Below the pieces are notes generated by a model. The model worked only from the letters and a program-made list of their open reading frames with translations, was not told the DNA's origin and made no database searches. The translations under genes and the position numbers were made by a program. Shown in pieces: positions 60,653 through 64,000 of a stretch of 64,000 nt of DNA; position 1 is the first letter of the stretch; each line of letters starts with the position of its first letter. Source of the stretch: the human T2T-CHM13v2.0 reference genome, Homo sapiens; the NCBI RefSeq assembly GCF_009914755.1, contig NC_060943.1; one strand, given 5' to 3'.

Positions 60653-60668
60653 TGTGTGTGTGTGTGTG
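60613..60668. repeat. (TG)n microsatellite
   Basis: Directly visible. Confidence 0.95.
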
Positions 60669-60895
60669 GAGACGGGGTCCCACTATATTGCCCAGGCTGG
60701 TCCTGAACTCCCGGGCTCAAGCAGTCCTCTTGCTCTGACCTCTCACTGTGCCTGGATACAGGTGTGAGTCACAGTACCCAGCTATTACCTTCTAACCTAC
60801 TCTTCAATTTTTGTTGTTATATTTTTTATTATTGTCTGTCATCTCCCGCCCCATTATCAATTCCACAAAGGCAGGGATCTAGGTCTATTTTGTGA

Positions 60896-61249
<354 letters not shown>

Positions 61250-61375
61250 TGATCCACCGGCCTCGGCCTCCCAAAGTGCTGAGATTACAGGCGTGAGCCC
61301 CCGCGCCCAGCCATGATTATTTCTGTCTCTGCTCTCGCTGGGGGAAGGCACAGAAGCTGTACCAGTTTCCCGTGA

Positions 61376-63241
<1,866 letters not shown>

Positions 63242-63404
63242 AACCACCTTGAGCATCAGTTTCAGCATCAGGAGGGTGGACATATCCTCTGAATCTGTCC
63301 AGAGTGGTGCATGGTTGGCAGAAGTCATGAATGCCAGTTTGGGGTCAGACAAATCAGCTAAGTTCCCCAGCTGTACACCCTCCTCCCCACACCCCCCAGC
63401 CTTA

Positions 63405-63560
63405 CCACCTTAGTAGCTGTGTGAGTCTGAGGGAGTTAACCTCTCCAAGCCTCAGTTTTCCCGTCTACAAAATGGGTGCAATCACAGGGCCCAATTCACA
63501 GGAGCTAGTAAAGCTGAATGTGTATGGTGTGTCTGGTGCAGAGAGCACTTAACAAAGAGT
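63405..63560 (+). mobile_element. MIR fragment
   Basis: TAGCTGTGTGA..TTAACCTCTCCAAGCCTCAGTTTTCCC.TCTACAAAATGGG core. Confidence 0.65.
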
Positions 63561-63690
63561 AGCCAGCATTCATGTAATTTTCCAATTCTGTGACTCCAGG
63601 GACCCTTTGGGTGAACATTACTGGTCAGAGGCCCCTAAGATGGGCTCAGGGATTGTCAAACCCTGATTTGACATTTAGTTGTGATTCCTA

Positions 63691-63954
<264 letters not shown>

Positions 63955-64000
63955 CTACTTGGGAGGCTGAGGCAGGAGAATCGCTTGAACCTGGGAGGAG

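Overview
Human (primate) genomic DNA that I recognise from the encoded proteins as the 19p13.2 ARHGEF18 - PEX11G - TEX45/SAXO5 (C19orf45) region. The + strand carries the last 14 coding exons of ARHGEF18 (p114RhoGEF; end of DH domain, PH domain, coiled coil, C-terminus EDVIFF; 2349 coding nt, splice phases all consistent) and its 3'UTR to about 33.1 kb. The complete 5-exon PEX11G gene (726 nt, 241 aa) lies convergently on the - strand, with a CpG-island promoter at about 49.7 kb. The first coding exon of TEX45/SAXO5 follows at 61.5-62.1 kb. The rest is very Alu-dense, with MaLR LTRs, MER DNA transposons and L1/MIR fragments. The most striking object is a ~9.2-kb, ~270-copy 34-bp minisatellite (2638-11811). 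Its unit is the 3' splice site of the adjacent ARHGEF18 exon (branch point, pyrimidine tract and AG). Nearly all upstream copies end in a weak GAG/AAG or lack the AG; only the last ends in TAG, and one internal copy ends in CAG. Other oddities: two locally templated insertions, a YY1/CCAAT-motif minisatellite, an in-frame stop-free last intron, and an RFX+CRE module on top of the PEX11G start codon. Repeat subfamily names and most repeat boundaries are by-eye estimates.
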